A stretch of 32,000 nucleotides of DNA from Candidatus Electrothrix yaqonensis (GCA_047651235.1 CP178758.1:3390001-3422000), one strand, 5' to 3'. Numbered from the stretch's first letter, positions 8,095 to 17,355 are shown. Notes: generated by a model not told the origin, from the letters alone. Numbers and translations: made by a program.

Positions 8095-10089
8095 ATGCTA
8101 AAAAAAATTTTCAGCGAGAAAAACGGCAGATACTTCCTTTTTTTTACAACTCTGACTCTTGTTTTTTTCTCACATCCTTTTCTGAAAATTCCTTTTGACA
8201 TATGGTGCCATTTAATGCTATTGAGGGGATTGTATGATGAAGGAAAGATCTTTCTTTTCTGGCCCGGTCAACACGTCGGAATTCTGACGACCTGGCATTA
8301 TGTATGGTATGTTATCTTTAAGCTGCTCCATATAAACGATACGCTGGCTTGGGCAAAAATTATTCATGTTGCTCAGACAATTCTCTCATTGATCCTTGTT
8401 TTTTTCTCGTCAAAAATTTTTCTTCGTTTAATTCTGCCGAAAATTAAAGATTTTCCTTTGGACTATCTGGCCTTTCTGGGAGTTGTTTCCTGGTTTGCAG
8501 GCTCAGGAACTTATTCAGTGAATGTTCAACAGGCATGGCTTATGTGGTACTCTGTAGGATATCAAATAACACTGCCGCTGTATCTGTTTATTTCTGCTTT
8601 AACACTGAAAATATTTTACGGAAAAATGAGCAGAGCAAAAAAAAATTATTCTATTGTGTTGATATTGATAGTAACATTTTTCACAGTAAAAACTCATCCG
8701 TCAGAGACATTCTATTTTATTCTTTTTGTTTGCTTTGTTTCTATCTTGAATTTTGATATTACAATCGAAATATTCAAAAAAAAATTCCTTATACTGATTC
8801 CGTCTATCATCGCGTTCACTCTTCTGATTATCTACGGAGTAGATATATGGCAAAAGTTTACAAGACATTTTAAGACTGATTCCTTATTAAAGGAATTTAT
8901 CATAATGGATAATCATATTAATATAATAGAAAAGACAAAAATCTTATCAAGTAATTCAGAGTTGACTGTTATCTCTATAATATTAGGGTTATTAATCGGT
9001 ATTAAATACGGCATCTTAAAAAAAGGATCATATGTTATCAATAAAAAAGTTTTTTTTACTTTGTTAATCATATCAGTTTTATTCTTTTTTATTCCAGTCA
9101 CTCCGTACATTAGGGCGTTGTTTGGAATGATCATGCAGGCAAGCCGTACGTGGAGAATTGTTCTTGCGTGTCCGTTTTTCATTTTTTATCCGATCTTCTG
9201 CTATTTGTTCTGTCAAAAAATTCTAAAAAAAGATGATGGCAGGTTTACTTTTATAACGGGTGCTGCTGGCCTGTTGATTCTGATTGTACTTTCCAGATTC
9301 CTGATGTGGAACACGCTGTATCTGAACACGAAATCACTCGTGAATTCCGTATTTTTTAAGGAAAAAATAACCATGCAGTATACAGATGCAACCGTAAAAA
9401 GACTGGAGGGGCTGCTTGAATCCGCTAAAGCGCAGTGCAGGAGCGGGAAATGCATGTACTATATGCGGGGAGATATGGCATATATAGCCAGAGCGGTTTT
9501 AGGAGAATACGTCTATCAGAGAAGATGGAGACAACCGAATTTTCACCATCAAGTTGGCGGATTTCAGGTTATCCCTATTCAACTTCCCGACAATATGCCC
9601 AAGGATGAAAAGATATTTAAATCGTTCGATTTAAATGAGATACTCCCTTTACTGAAGCCGGTATACCATTTCCGGAGGAAAAATGATGGATCGCCTTTAT
9701 ATACCATTCGGGAAACGGAGAAAAATAATCTGCTGCATAACGATCTGATCTGGAAATACGAAGGTATTGCATACTATGCGTATCCTGGTCAGAAACGTGG
9801 CACGCGCCCTGTTCATCGTTTCTGGACGAGCTACCAATCTCATTTCTACACAATTTCAAAGAAAAAAATACTGAATGATCATCCTGACTGGAAATATGCA
9901 GGTATTTCCTGGTATGTGTATAAAACACAACAGCCGGACACGGTTCCTGTATACTTTTTTTGGAATGACAACTCCCGATCTTATTTTTATACAGCTTCGG
10001 AAACCGAAAAAAATGACATGACAAGCGATGGTTCAAACTGGAAATATCAAGGTATTGCTTGGTATACATTGACCAAAGGGGATAAGTAA
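8095..10089 (+). CDS. Polytopic membrane protein (about 400-aa multi-TM N-domain) with three C-terminal repeats of about 45 aa (DUF5648-like)
   Basis: A 664-aa ORF in a visibly AT-rich segment with many hydrophobic helices. The C-terminus has three repeats of the pattern PVY.F...(S/H)(H/Y)FYT.SE.EKN...WKY(E/A/Q)GI(A/S)(Y/W)Y, covering about nt 9661-10075. This fits my memory of Pfam DUF5648 repeats. Confidence 0.8.
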   Translation: MLKKIFSEKNGRYFLFFTTLTLVFFSHPFLKIPFDIWCHLMLLRGLYDEGKIFLFWPGQHVGILTTWHYVWYVIFKLLHINDTLAWAKIIHVAQTILSLILVFFSSKIFLRLILPKIKDFPLDYLAFLGVVSWFAGSGTYSVNVQQAWLMWYSVGYQITLPLYLFISALTLKIFYGKMSRAKKNYSIVLILIVTFFTVKTHPSETFYFILFVCFVSILNFDITIEIFKKKFLILIPSIIAFTLLIIYGVDIWQKFTRHFKTDSLLKEFIIMDNHINIIEKTKILSSNSELTVISIILGLLIGIKYGILKKGSYVINKKVFFTLLIISVLFFFIPVTPYIRALFGMIMQASRTWRIVLACPFFIFYPIFCYLFCQKILKKDDGRFTFITGAAGLLILIVLSRFLMWNTLYLNTKSLVNSVFFKEKITMQYTDATVKRLEGLLESAKAQCRSGKCMYYMRGDMAYIARAVLGEYVYQRRWRQPNFHHQVGGFQVIPIQLPDNMPKDEKIFKSFDLNEILPLLKPVYHFRRKNDGSPLYTIRETEKNNLLHNDLIWKYEGIAYYAYPGQKRGTRPVHRFWTSYQSHFYTISKKKILNDHPDWKYAGISWYVYKTQQPDTVPVYFFWNDNSRSYFYTASETEKNDMTSDGSNWKYQGIAWYTLTKGDK

Positions 10090-10114
10090 TGCGAAAGCAG
10101 CTTACGAATCACTC

Positions 10115-11647
10115 CTACCGTCCCTGCAGGGCTGCCCGCACCTCCTCCAGAACCCGGCGGTCTTCCTCCAGATCAGGATGCCCGATCTCCTCGTCAATCT
10201 GCACGACGCGGGTAAAGTGCTGCTCTGCCCTGCGCAGCTCGCCCCGCTCTTCGTGAATGCGGCCGATGTTCCAGCAGGTGACCGCCTCCCCAGCCTTGTC
10301 TCCGATCTCCCGGCGTATGGTCAGGCTCTGCTCAAGGTATATCAACGCTGCATCATGGTCACCCTGTGCCCGGTGAATCTCGCTGATATTATTCAGTGTT
10401 GTTCCCTCTCCTGCCCGATCTCCGATCTCCCGGCGTATATTCAGACTCTGCTCAAGGTACTCCAGGGCGGCGGGGTAGTTGCCGTGGGCATCGTAAATCT
10501 GGCTGATGTTATTCAGCGTTATGCCTTCGACATACCGGTCCCCGATCTCCCGGCATATATTCAGACTCTGCTCAAGATGCTGCAGAGCAGTCGAGTCGTA
10601 CCCCCGTGCATAAAAAATCCTGCTGAGACTATTGAGCGTTGCCGCCTCCGCACTCCTGTCGCCGATCTTGCGGATGATTGTCAGGCTCTGCTCAAGATGC
10701 TGCATGGCAGCTGTGTTATCGCCCTGTGCTTCATAGATTTCGCTGATACTGTTCAGCACTGAAAATTCACCGCGTCTGTCGCCGATCTTACGTGTAACTG
10801 CAAGGCCCTGTTCCAGACACTCCAGGGCAGCGGCAAACTCGCCCCGTGTCCTGTACATCCCGCTGATGCGGTGTAGCGTTGCAAGCTCGCCGGATCTGTC
10901 ATGAATCTTCCGGCGTATATTCAGGCTCTGCTCAAGACATCTCAGGGCAGCTTCGTCATCACCCCAAGTCCGATGAATCTCACTGATGTGGTTCAGGACA
11001 ATGCCTTCCCCTGCCGGGTCGCCGATTTCCCGATATATCTTCAGACTCCTGATATACATGTTCAGCGCCTCGCTGTAACGGGAGATCCGGTGCAGGTCAT
11101 AGCCTGCCCAGCGCAGATACAACGCCCGTTCCTGTCCGCTGTCCGGGGGCAGCAGTTCAGCCGCTTTTTTCCAGTACCCGGCAGCCTTGGCATACCGCAA
11201 TTGGACTTCCTGCAGCTTGGCATTTTCAGCGCTGCCTGCTGCCGCCGCAATACGCTGCGCTTCGGTTGCCTGTTCGAGATCTTCAATGGACTGCAGCTCA
11301 CAGGCGTGGGCCCGGTTAAACAGAGCTTCGGCCCGGATAAAGTCGTCGTTTTCAACAGCCTGCCGCGCTTCCTTCCTAAGCCTGACTGCTTCCGGATTTT
11401 CGGACTGCACCGTATTCAGCCGCTGGAGCAGATCCCTGTACTGTATTCCAATTTCCCGAAGCGTGCTGTCTATATCGCATCGGGGAACATGCTGCTCCTC
11501 CAGTATCCTGAAGAAAGTGTTCAGAACCGCACCTGTGACCGCGAGTTGGCGTGCATATTCGGCAAAATCCTCCGGCGTAATCCCGTAGCTGTTCATCTGC
11601 CTGTTCGTTGCGCCACGTCGTGTCGTATTTTTTCTGTTCATAAACAA
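10115..11647 (-). CDS. Tetratricopeptide-repeat protein (kinesin-light-chain-type TPR array)
   Basis: A 510-aa protein with eight or more consecutive 40-aa units, LEQSL.I.R(E/K)IGDR.GE..TLNNIS.I(Y/H).A.GD...AL. The start could be any of the Met codons within the first 19 residues. Confidence 0.9.
   Translation of the reverse strand: MFMNRKNTTRRGATNRQMNSYGITPEDFAEYARQLAVTGAVLNTFFRILEEQHVPRCDIDSTLREIGIQYRDLLQRLNTVQSENPEAVRLRKEARQAVENDDFIRAEALFNRAHACELQSIEDLEQATEAQRIAAAAGSAENAKLQEVQLRYAKAAGYWKKAAELLPPDSGQERALYLRWAGYDLHRISRYSEALNMYIRSLKIYREIGDPAGEGIVLNHISEIHRTWGDDEAALRCLEQSLNIRRKIHDRSGELATLHRISGMYRTRGEFAAALECLEQGLAVTRKIGDRRGEFSVLNSISEIYEAQGDNTAAMQHLEQSLTIIRKIGDRSAEAATLNSLSRIFYARGYDSTALQHLEQSLNICREIGDRYVEGITLNNISQIYDAHGNYPAALEYLEQSLNIRREIGDRAGEGTTLNNISEIHRAQGDHDAALIYLEQSLTIRREIGDKAGEAVTCWNIGRIHEERGELRRAEQHFTRVVQIDEEIGHPDLEEDRRVLEEVRAALQGR
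10180..11060 (-). repeat. 120-bp periodic intragenic DNA repeats (TPR modules)
   Basis: The motif gatctcccggcgtat..tcag(g/a)ctctgctcaag recurs at about 10305, 10425, 10545, 10665, 10785, 10905 and 11025. Confidence 0.8.
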
Positions 11648-11690
11648 GCAGTCAAATCATCAGTCAAACATACATGATGCGGAGAAGCGG

Positions 11691-12422
11691 TTATACCCCC
11701 AATCCTCCACCATTGATCCTGAGCCATTCTTTCTGCACCGCATAATCCGGCAGCACCGTAGCAAGAAACCGCCAGAAGCGTGGTGAGTGATCCGGATGTA
11801 CCAGATGGCAGAGTTCATGCACTACCACGTAATCCACTACAGAACGCGGGGCTGCAATGATCCGCCAGTTGTAATAGATACGACCGTCCGCATGGCAGCT
11901 GCCCCAGCGTGACCGGTAGCTTTTGATCCCGACAGAAGCAGGAACTACAGTCATCTGTTGCGCGTAGCGTGCTGTTATTTCCTGCAGGCGCACAACCGCA
12001 TGTTCTCTGAACCAGGATACAAGCTGCTCCCTGATCAGGTACTCACGCTGCTCCTGTACAAGACCGGAGGGCAGCGTCACGTAGAATCTGCCGTTGATCA
12101 GCTTGACCCGCTGCCCCGCCGGATCATCCTGCCCGTTGTCCTGCACACCCTGCACAACTTTGAGCCGGTAATTGCGGCCCAGATAGGGGAAGCATGCACC
12201 GGAGACATACTGCTTTGCTCGGCTATTCTGCCGTATCTTCTGAAAATGGGCTATCTTTCCCTTGATCCAACTGCTTTTCCGCTGCACCAGTTCCTCTATC
12301 TGCTCCTCCTGCAGAAAAGAGGGCACCAGCACCCGGACAGAGCAGTTCGGACCGACCGATATACAGGCGGTCTTTCTGCGCGGACTTCTGATAATTTCGT
12401 AGGTAAAAGGTATGGTGTTCAT
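11691..12422 (-). CDS. M48-family / DUF45 (YgjP-like) zinc metallopeptidase
   Basis: A 243-aa protein with the HExxH motif VVHELCHLVHPDHSPRFW near the C-terminus and SRWGSC upstream of it. This is the typical DUF45 architecture. Confidence 0.85.
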   Translation of the reverse strand: MNTIPFTYEIIRSPRRKTACISVGPNCSVRVLVPSFLQEEQIEELVQRKSSWIKGKIAHFQKIRQNSRAKQYVSGACFPYLGRNYRLKVVQGVQDNGQDDPAGQRVKLINGRFYVTLPSGLVQEQREYLIREQLVSWFREHAVVRLQEITARYAQQMTVVPASVGIKSYRSRWGSCHADGRIYYNWRIIAAPRSVVDYVVVHELCHLVHPDHSPRFWRFLATVLPDYAVQKEWLRINGGGLGV

Positions 12423-12452
12423 AGCTGCGGCGGTTGGCGAATCTTTCGTTTT

Positions 12453-13079
12453 TTATTGTTTTGTCAACCAGTTATTGTTTAAATAGCACTCATGCACATC
12501 CTCAGCAAGTCTTGTGAGGATGAGCTGACTAATCCTGCTGAACTGATCTATTCTTCTTGAATCCATGAGCATTTCCTGATCGCCATGTGCAATATTATTC
12601 CTGAAACGTAACAACTGATTGAGGTCTTTTTCATCTTCATTGGTCAGAAAATTTTCAACACCGATAGAGGCGCAGATTTTTGCAAATACCTTGGGGGTGA
12701 TATTTGACTCTGTGTTTATGCTACCCGGCAACTGTGCAGTGCCGTTCACTGCATTGCGGATTTTACTGACAATTTTTTGCTGTTGTATGAAATTCGTTAC
12801 AGGATTTTCGAGTGAACAGGCTCCTCCAATAGCCAAACAGAGAAATGGTTCAGAAAGATCGGAGACCTTCTCCAATTTTCGATTAATATGCCCGAAAAGT
12901 TGACCGGTTAATTCCCGAACGCCACCTTCTAAAGCTGCATAAATCAGCAGAACGCATGCTCCGCGCAGCAACTTTTTCTGCTCTTTGGTTTTGGCGAGCA
13001 GTACTGCTCTTTTTGCCAGCCCAATATCTGCCTGTCTGCGATCTACAATTTCGGCAAGAGCCTCAGAAAAGTCAGGCAT
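12453..13079 (-). CDS. HEPN-domain protein (predicted RNase; resembles the RiboL-PSP / MAE_28990-type HEPN families)
   Basis: A 208-aa protein with the C-terminal Rx4H motif LLRFRNNIAHGDQ and the N-terminal helix LLIYAALEGGVREL. It overlaps the upstream DUF262 gene by 8 nt and is AT-rich. Confidence 0.7.
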   Translation of the reverse strand: MPDFSEALAEIVDRRQADIGLAKRAVLLAKTKEQKKLLRGACVLLIYAALEGGVRELTGQLFGHINRKLEKVSDLSEPFLCLAIGGACSLENPVTNFIQQQKIVSKIRNAVNGTAQLPGSINTESNITPKVFAKICASIGVENFLTNEDEKDLNQLLRFRNNIAHGDQEMLMDSRRIDQFSRISQLILTRLAEDVHECYLNNNWLTKQ

Positions 13080-14142
13080 TTTTAAAGATTTCTTTTGCCC
13101 TTTTTATTCTTTTTCTGACACGGGCTTGGTAATTTGAAGAAGCCCCTGTCGCAGATAAAAAATCTTTATCCTGAAGCAGTTTCCGGATTTTTTCAGCAAC
13201 TTTTTCAGGATTTTTTTCAAAAGAATCTATTTGATATGCGATTCCCATCATAATACCGTCATATCTGGACGGAGAGAACGAGTAATTCCTACCGTGAAAA
13301 ACATTTTCAATATTTATCTTTTTTACAACTTGCAGGGTTCTAAGGAAGAGATCTTTATTCCCTTGAAAAAGGCTGTGATCAGCCGACGCTTTTCTCATAT
13401 ATTCAGTGAGGTGACTGCCAAGATTTCTTTCTGGCCCAAAATTTTTTTCAGACTCCTCAATCCAAAGCAGCGCATAAAATCTCACGACAAGTTCGTCCAA
13501 GTAGAGTTGAGATTTCTGTCGTTCAGTTGGTCTGACCAAGGCAATCAGATCTTTGTTATTCGACAACTCACGAACTTCATTTGCCAATTCATTTCCGCTT
13601 CCCCGAAAAATACAGTTTCGCACCTCCTGCTCCGTCAGTGGCGAGCCTCCAGTATTAAGCCGATTAAATAGCTCATAACGCATATCATATCGGGAGTCCC
13701 ATTTTATAACCTCAACCCGTACTGCACTACGTTTGATATTAAGCTGAAGTTTTAAAGGCAGGTCATCAATTTTTTTCCCTGCCAAATTAGTTACAAGATC
13801 GCCTTTGCACATTGCCCAGCCGTTTTCCTTGGAAGACTCTTCCCCTATCAATTTGCCGAAAAACGATAGCACCGTGCTGACTCGTTGCAACCCATCGACG
13901 ATTTCCCATTTACCTTCATCGTCTTCAGCGATAAATATTGAAGGTATGGGAATACCACATAATATAGATTCGATGAAACGAGTTCTCTGGTAAATACCCC
14001 ATCTGAAATATCGTTGAAATTCCGGATCAATAATCAATTCACCTGCATCATACATATTTATCAGCTCACCAAAACTCATATCCAGTCGGTCCGCCGAGAG
14101 CGTATTTCTAGCCTTGATCAATTCCTGTTCTAAGTCGATCAT
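13072..14142 (-). CDS. DUF262 (ParB-like / GmrSD N-terminal-type) domain protein lacking a DUF1524 nuclease domain
   Basis: A 356-aa protein with the motifs IIDPEFQRYFRW and WEIVDGLQRVSTV (DGQQR-type). No HNH/His-Me motif is seen in the C-terminal half. AT-rich. Confidence 0.85.
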   Translation of the reverse strand: MIDLEQELIKARNTLSADRLDMSFGELINMYDAGELIIDPEFQRYFRWGIYQRTRFIESILCGIPIPSIFIAEDDEGKWEIVDGLQRVSTVLSFFGKLIGEESSKENGWAMCKGDLVTNLAGKKIDDLPLKLQLNIKRSAVRVEVIKWDSRYDMRYELFNRLNTGGSPLTEQEVRNCIFRGSGNELANEVRELSNNKDLIALVRPTERQKSQLYLDELVVRFYALLWIEESEKNFGPERNLGSHLTEYMRKASADHSLFQGNKDLFLRTLQVVKKINIENVFHGRNYSFSPSRYDGIMMGIAYQIDSFEKNPEKVAEKIRKLLQDKDFLSATGASSNYQARVRKRIKRAKEIFKNA

Positions 14143-14166
14143 CCGTTATGTATCCTTCAAGTTTTT

Positions 14167-14193
14167 AATCTGACAGCCCGGAGCCGTCAGATT
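14167..14193. terminator. Stable hairpin between glmS and the DUF262 gene; candidate terminator/insulator
   Basis: AATCTGACaGC-ccgga-GCcGTCAGATT. The T-tract (ATTTTTAAATTT) is on the plus-strand side and only an A-tract on the glmS (minus) side, so its polarity is ambiguous. Confidence 0.4.
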
Positions 14194-14213
14194 ATTTTTA
14201 AATTTACAGTCCG

Positions 14214-16052
14214 TTATTCCACAGTCACACTCTTAGCCAGATTCCTGGGCTGGTCCACATCGCAGCCGCGCCGGTTGGCGATTTCATAGGCAAGGAGCTG
14301 GGCCGGGATGGTGTAGAGCAGCGGGTTCAGCTCCTCATGCACTTTGGGGAGATAGAGCACGTCATCGGTCAGTTGGGCAAGATGGGTGTCGCCCTCGGTG
14401 CCGATAAGCAGCAGTCTGCCCTGGCGGGCCTTGATCTCCTCCACATTGGAAATGCTCTTCTGATACACTGCATCCTGCGGCACAATGGCCATGATCGGCA
14501 TGTCCTTGTCAATCAGGGCGATGGGGCCGTGCTTCAGTTCTCCGGCAGCATAACCTTCCGCATGGATATAGGAAATCTCCTTGAGCTTCAGGGCGCCTTC
14601 CAGGGCAATAGGGAAATTCAGGCCCCGGCCGACAAAGAGAAAATCCTTGGCATCATAATACTGCTCGATCATCTCCCGAATCTGCTTCTGCATGACCGGC
14701 AGGGTGCTGTCGATTACCGCAGCGATTTCAATCAGGGCAGCTCCCAGCTCTCTGAGCTGCTCCTGCGTAACGGTCTGCCGGACTTGGGCAAGATACAGGG
14801 TGAAAAGAAAAAGGGCAGAAAGCTGGCTAGTAAATGCCTTGGTCGAAGCCACGCCGATTTCCGGCCCGGCATGGGTGTAGATGACCCCATCCGCCTCTCT
14901 GGTCATAGTGGAACCGACCACGTTGCAGATGGTTACCACTCTGGAACCCAGTGAGGCCGCGAGCCGAATTCCGGCCAGGGTATCGGCGGTTTCACCGGAC
15001 TGGGAAATGGAGATCGTCAGGACCCGCTCATTGAGCAGCAGTCGGCGGTAGCGGAATTCCGAAGCAATATCCACCTCAACCGGAATACCGGCCCATTTTT
15101 CAATCCAGTATTTGGCCACTAGGGCTGCATGCCAGGAGGTGCCGCAGGCCACCAGGGCAATCCGTTCAATTTTGCACAGCTCTTCATCGGAAAGACCGAT
15201 TTCCGGCAGATCAACTCGACCGGTATCCGGAACAATCCTGCCGCTCACCGTATTGAGCACGGCCTGGGGCTGCTCATAGATTTCCTTGAGCATGAAATGC
15301 CGGTACCCGGCCTTTTCCGCCATTGCCGCATTCCAGTCAATGATCTTGACTTCTTTCTCGATCGTCTGACCATCTTCAATGCCCATGACCTGGTACGATC
15401 CCCTCTCTAGGACAGCCAGCTCATGATCGTCCAGAAAAACAACCTCCTTGGTATAGGGCAGCAGGGCCGGAATATCCGAAGCCAGATAGCAGGCATCCTT
15501 GTCCACGCCCATGACCAGAGGGCTCTGATTGCGGGCTGCCACCAGCCTGTCCGGGTCTTTCAGCCACATCACGCCCAGAGCATAGGAGCCGTCCACCCGA
15601 ATCAGGGCCGTGCGCACGGCGGCCACCAGATCATCTTCAAGATATTTTTCAATCAGATGGGCCAGCACTTCAGTGTCGGTCTCCGAGGAAAAGACATGCC
15701 CCTCATCGGCAAGCTCCTGTTTCAGGCTGCCGTAATTTTCAATAATCCCGTTGTGGACCACCACCAGTTCGCCGGTGCAGTCGGAATGCGGATGGGCATT
15801 GTCCTCGGTCGGAGCGCCGTGGGTGGCCCAGCGGGTATGGCCGAGACCGGTATGGGCGTCTGCGCCGATATACTCGTCCACGGCCTTTTCCAGGTTCACC
15901 AGCTTGCCGGCAGCCCGGAATTTAACCAGTTTATCCTGATGATGATAGACAAGACCTGCTGAGTCGTATCCCCGGTACTCCAGACGACGCAGACCCTCCA
16001 GCACAACCGGAATGACTTTCCGGTTTCCGATATACCCGACTATTCCGCACAT
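14214..16052 (-). CDS. glmS: Glutamine--fructose-6-phosphate aminotransferase (isomerizing)
   Basis: A 612-aa protein with N-terminal MCGIVGY, two SIS domains and the C-terminal DVDQPRNLAKSVTVE. Confidence 0.97.
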   Translation of the reverse strand: MCGIVGYIGNRKVIPVVLEGLRRLEYRGYDSAGLVYHHQDKLVKFRAAGKLVNLEKAVDEYIGADAHTGLGHTRWATHGAPTEDNAHPHSDCTGELVVVHNGIIENYGSLKQELADEGHVFSSETDTEVLAHLIEKYLEDDLVAAVRTALIRVDGSYALGVMWLKDPDRLVAARNQSPLVMGVDKDACYLASDIPALLPYTKEVVFLDDHELAVLERGSYQVMGIEDGQTIEKEVKIIDWNAAMAEKAGYRHFMLKEIYEQPQAVLNTVSGRIVPDTGRVDLPEIGLSDEELCKIERIALVACGTSWHAALVAKYWIEKWAGIPVEVDIASEFRYRRLLLNERVLTISISQSGETADTLAGIRLAASLGSRVVTICNVVGSTMTREADGVIYTHAGPEIGVASTKAFTSQLSALFLFTLYLAQVRQTVTQEQLRELGAALIEIAAVIDSTLPVMQKQIREMIEQYYDAKDFLFVGRGLNFPIALEGALKLKEISYIHAEGYAAGELKHGPIALIDKDMPIMAIVPQDAVYQKSISNVEEIKARQGRLLLIGTEGDTHLAQLTDDVLYLPKVHEELNPLLYTIPAQLLAYEIANRRGCDVDQPRNLAKSVTVE

Positions 16053-16294
16053 TGGTCACTCCAAAAAAAATTATACGTTAAACGGCACATATCTGCAGAC
16101 TGCCGAACAGATATAAGATATAAGGAAAAAGATAGCATATCCCTGCGCTGAAGCATACCGAAAAAACGGGCTGTCAGACGCAACAGGAAAATTCTTTGCA
16201 TAAGATCGGCAAAGGCGTTATTTTATGCTTTTTGTTTTTTTCTGCACCGGACGGAAACTGCAGACAGGAAAGATCAGAAAGTAAAAGGCAGGTC

Positions 16295-16738
16295 ATGAAA
16301 GAGGAAGAATGCAAAGCAGCTGAACAGAATACATCGACCCCTGTGAAAGAAAAAGCCGGTGTTGTCGCCTATAAACCGGAGGGCAGTGAACCGCTCGTAC
16401 TCCTTGTTTCGGCCCGCAAAGTGAAAGGATCGTGGGTTTTTCCGGTCGGGGGAATTGATCCGGGAGAAACAGCGGAAATCGCGGCTCAACGGGAATGCGA
16501 GGAAGAGTCCGGGTACCGTGTTGAACTGGGCGAACAGCTTGCATCGGTGGAATCATGCGTAAAAGGGAAAACAGTCCGCTTTATCTTCTTTCTTGCCTCA
16601 GTCGTTTCGGAAGCAGAGACTTGGGAAACAGACAGAACCAGAGAATGGGTGCCGCTTTCTCAGGCAGCGGACCGGCTGCCCTCAATTTTTCAGAGCGTGG
16701 CAGCTGAAGCGGCGCAGTATCTTGCCGAACAGAACTGA
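16295..16738 (+). CDS. NUDIX hydrolase
   Basis: Contains the Nudix box GGIDPGETAEIAAQRECEEESGY. I prefer the ATG at 16295 (MKEEECK) to the TTG at 16196 used in the ORF track. Confidence 0.85.
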   Translation: MKEEECKAAEQNTSTPVKEKAGVVAYKPEGSEPLVLLVSARKVKGSWVFPVGGIDPGETAEIAAQRECEEESGYRVELGEQLASVESCVKGKTVRFIFFLASVVSEAETWETDRTREWVPLSQAADRLPSIFQSVAAEAAQYLAEQN

Positions 16739-16773
16739 ACACATTTGATATCAAAGAAAAGGACACACTGGAC

Positions 16774-17334
16774 ATGAACACCGCAGATGAACGCCGGCGG
16801 CTCAAGGAACTGCTGCTGGAAAAATCATACCGCAAGGGCACCTTTACCCTGACCTCAGGCAAGACCTCGGATTTTTATATTGACGGCAAACAGACCACCT
16901 TGGATGCCGAAGGGGGCTACCTCTGCGGCCGTCTGCTGTTCAGGCTGATCAGAGAGGCATCAGACCTCATAGCCGGAGTCGGCGGCATGACCCTCGGTGC
17001 GGATCCCCTGGTCACGGCGGTGTCTGTTGTCAGCCATCTGGAGGGTGAGCCGATTCCCGCCTTTATCGTCCGCAAGGAGGCCAAAGGCCACGGCACCGGC
17101 AATTTTCTGGAAGGAAAAAACAACCTGCAGCCCGGCTGCTTTGTTGCCCTGGTTGAGGACGTGGTTACCACCGGCGGTACCCTGATCAAGGTGATTGAAC
17201 GGGTGGAAAACGAAGGATTCAAAGTGGGGCTGGTGGTCACGGTGGTTGACCGGGAAGAAGGCGGGGCAGACGTGCTTGCCCAGGCCGGGTATCCGCTGAA
17301 ATCCATTTTTACCAGAACGCAGCTTATCGGTTGA
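16774..17334 (+). CDS. pyrE: Orotate phosphoribosyltransferase
   Basis: A 186-aa protein with FTLTSGKTSDFYIDG and the PRPP-binding loop VALVEDVVTTGGT. Confidence 0.95.
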   Translation: MNTADERRRLKELLLEKSYRKGTFTLTSGKTSDFYIDGKQTTLDAEGGYLCGRLLFRLIREASDLIAGVGGMTLGADPLVTAVSVVSHLEGEPIPAFIVRKEAKGHGTGNFLEGKNNLQPGCFVALVEDVVTTGGTLIKVIERVENEGFKVGLVVTVVDREEGGADVLAQAGYPLKSIFTRTQLIG

Positions 17335-17355
17335 ATCCAGTGAGGAGATTTTTTC

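Noticed and set aside
10180-11060. Regularly spaced repeats that could be mistaken for a CRISPR array
   Set aside because: The period is 120 bp with no unique spacers, and the whole region is one open reading frame encoding TPR modules.
10178-11677. Plus-strand ORFs of 194, 258 and 133 aa
   Set aside because: They are antisense to the TPR gene. Their periodicity simply mirrors the 120-bp TPR modules.
16053-16200. Possible glmS ribozyme or leader upstream of glmS
   Set aside because: I did not recognise the conserved glmS ribozyme core by eye, and that ribozyme is characteristic of Gram-positive lineages. A covariance-model scan (Rfam RF00234) would settle it.
16196-16294. TTG-initiated N-terminal extension of the NUDIX ORF
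   Set aside because: The extension is hydrophobic and Cys-rich with no homology expectation. The ATG at 16295 gives a normal-sized Nudix protein.
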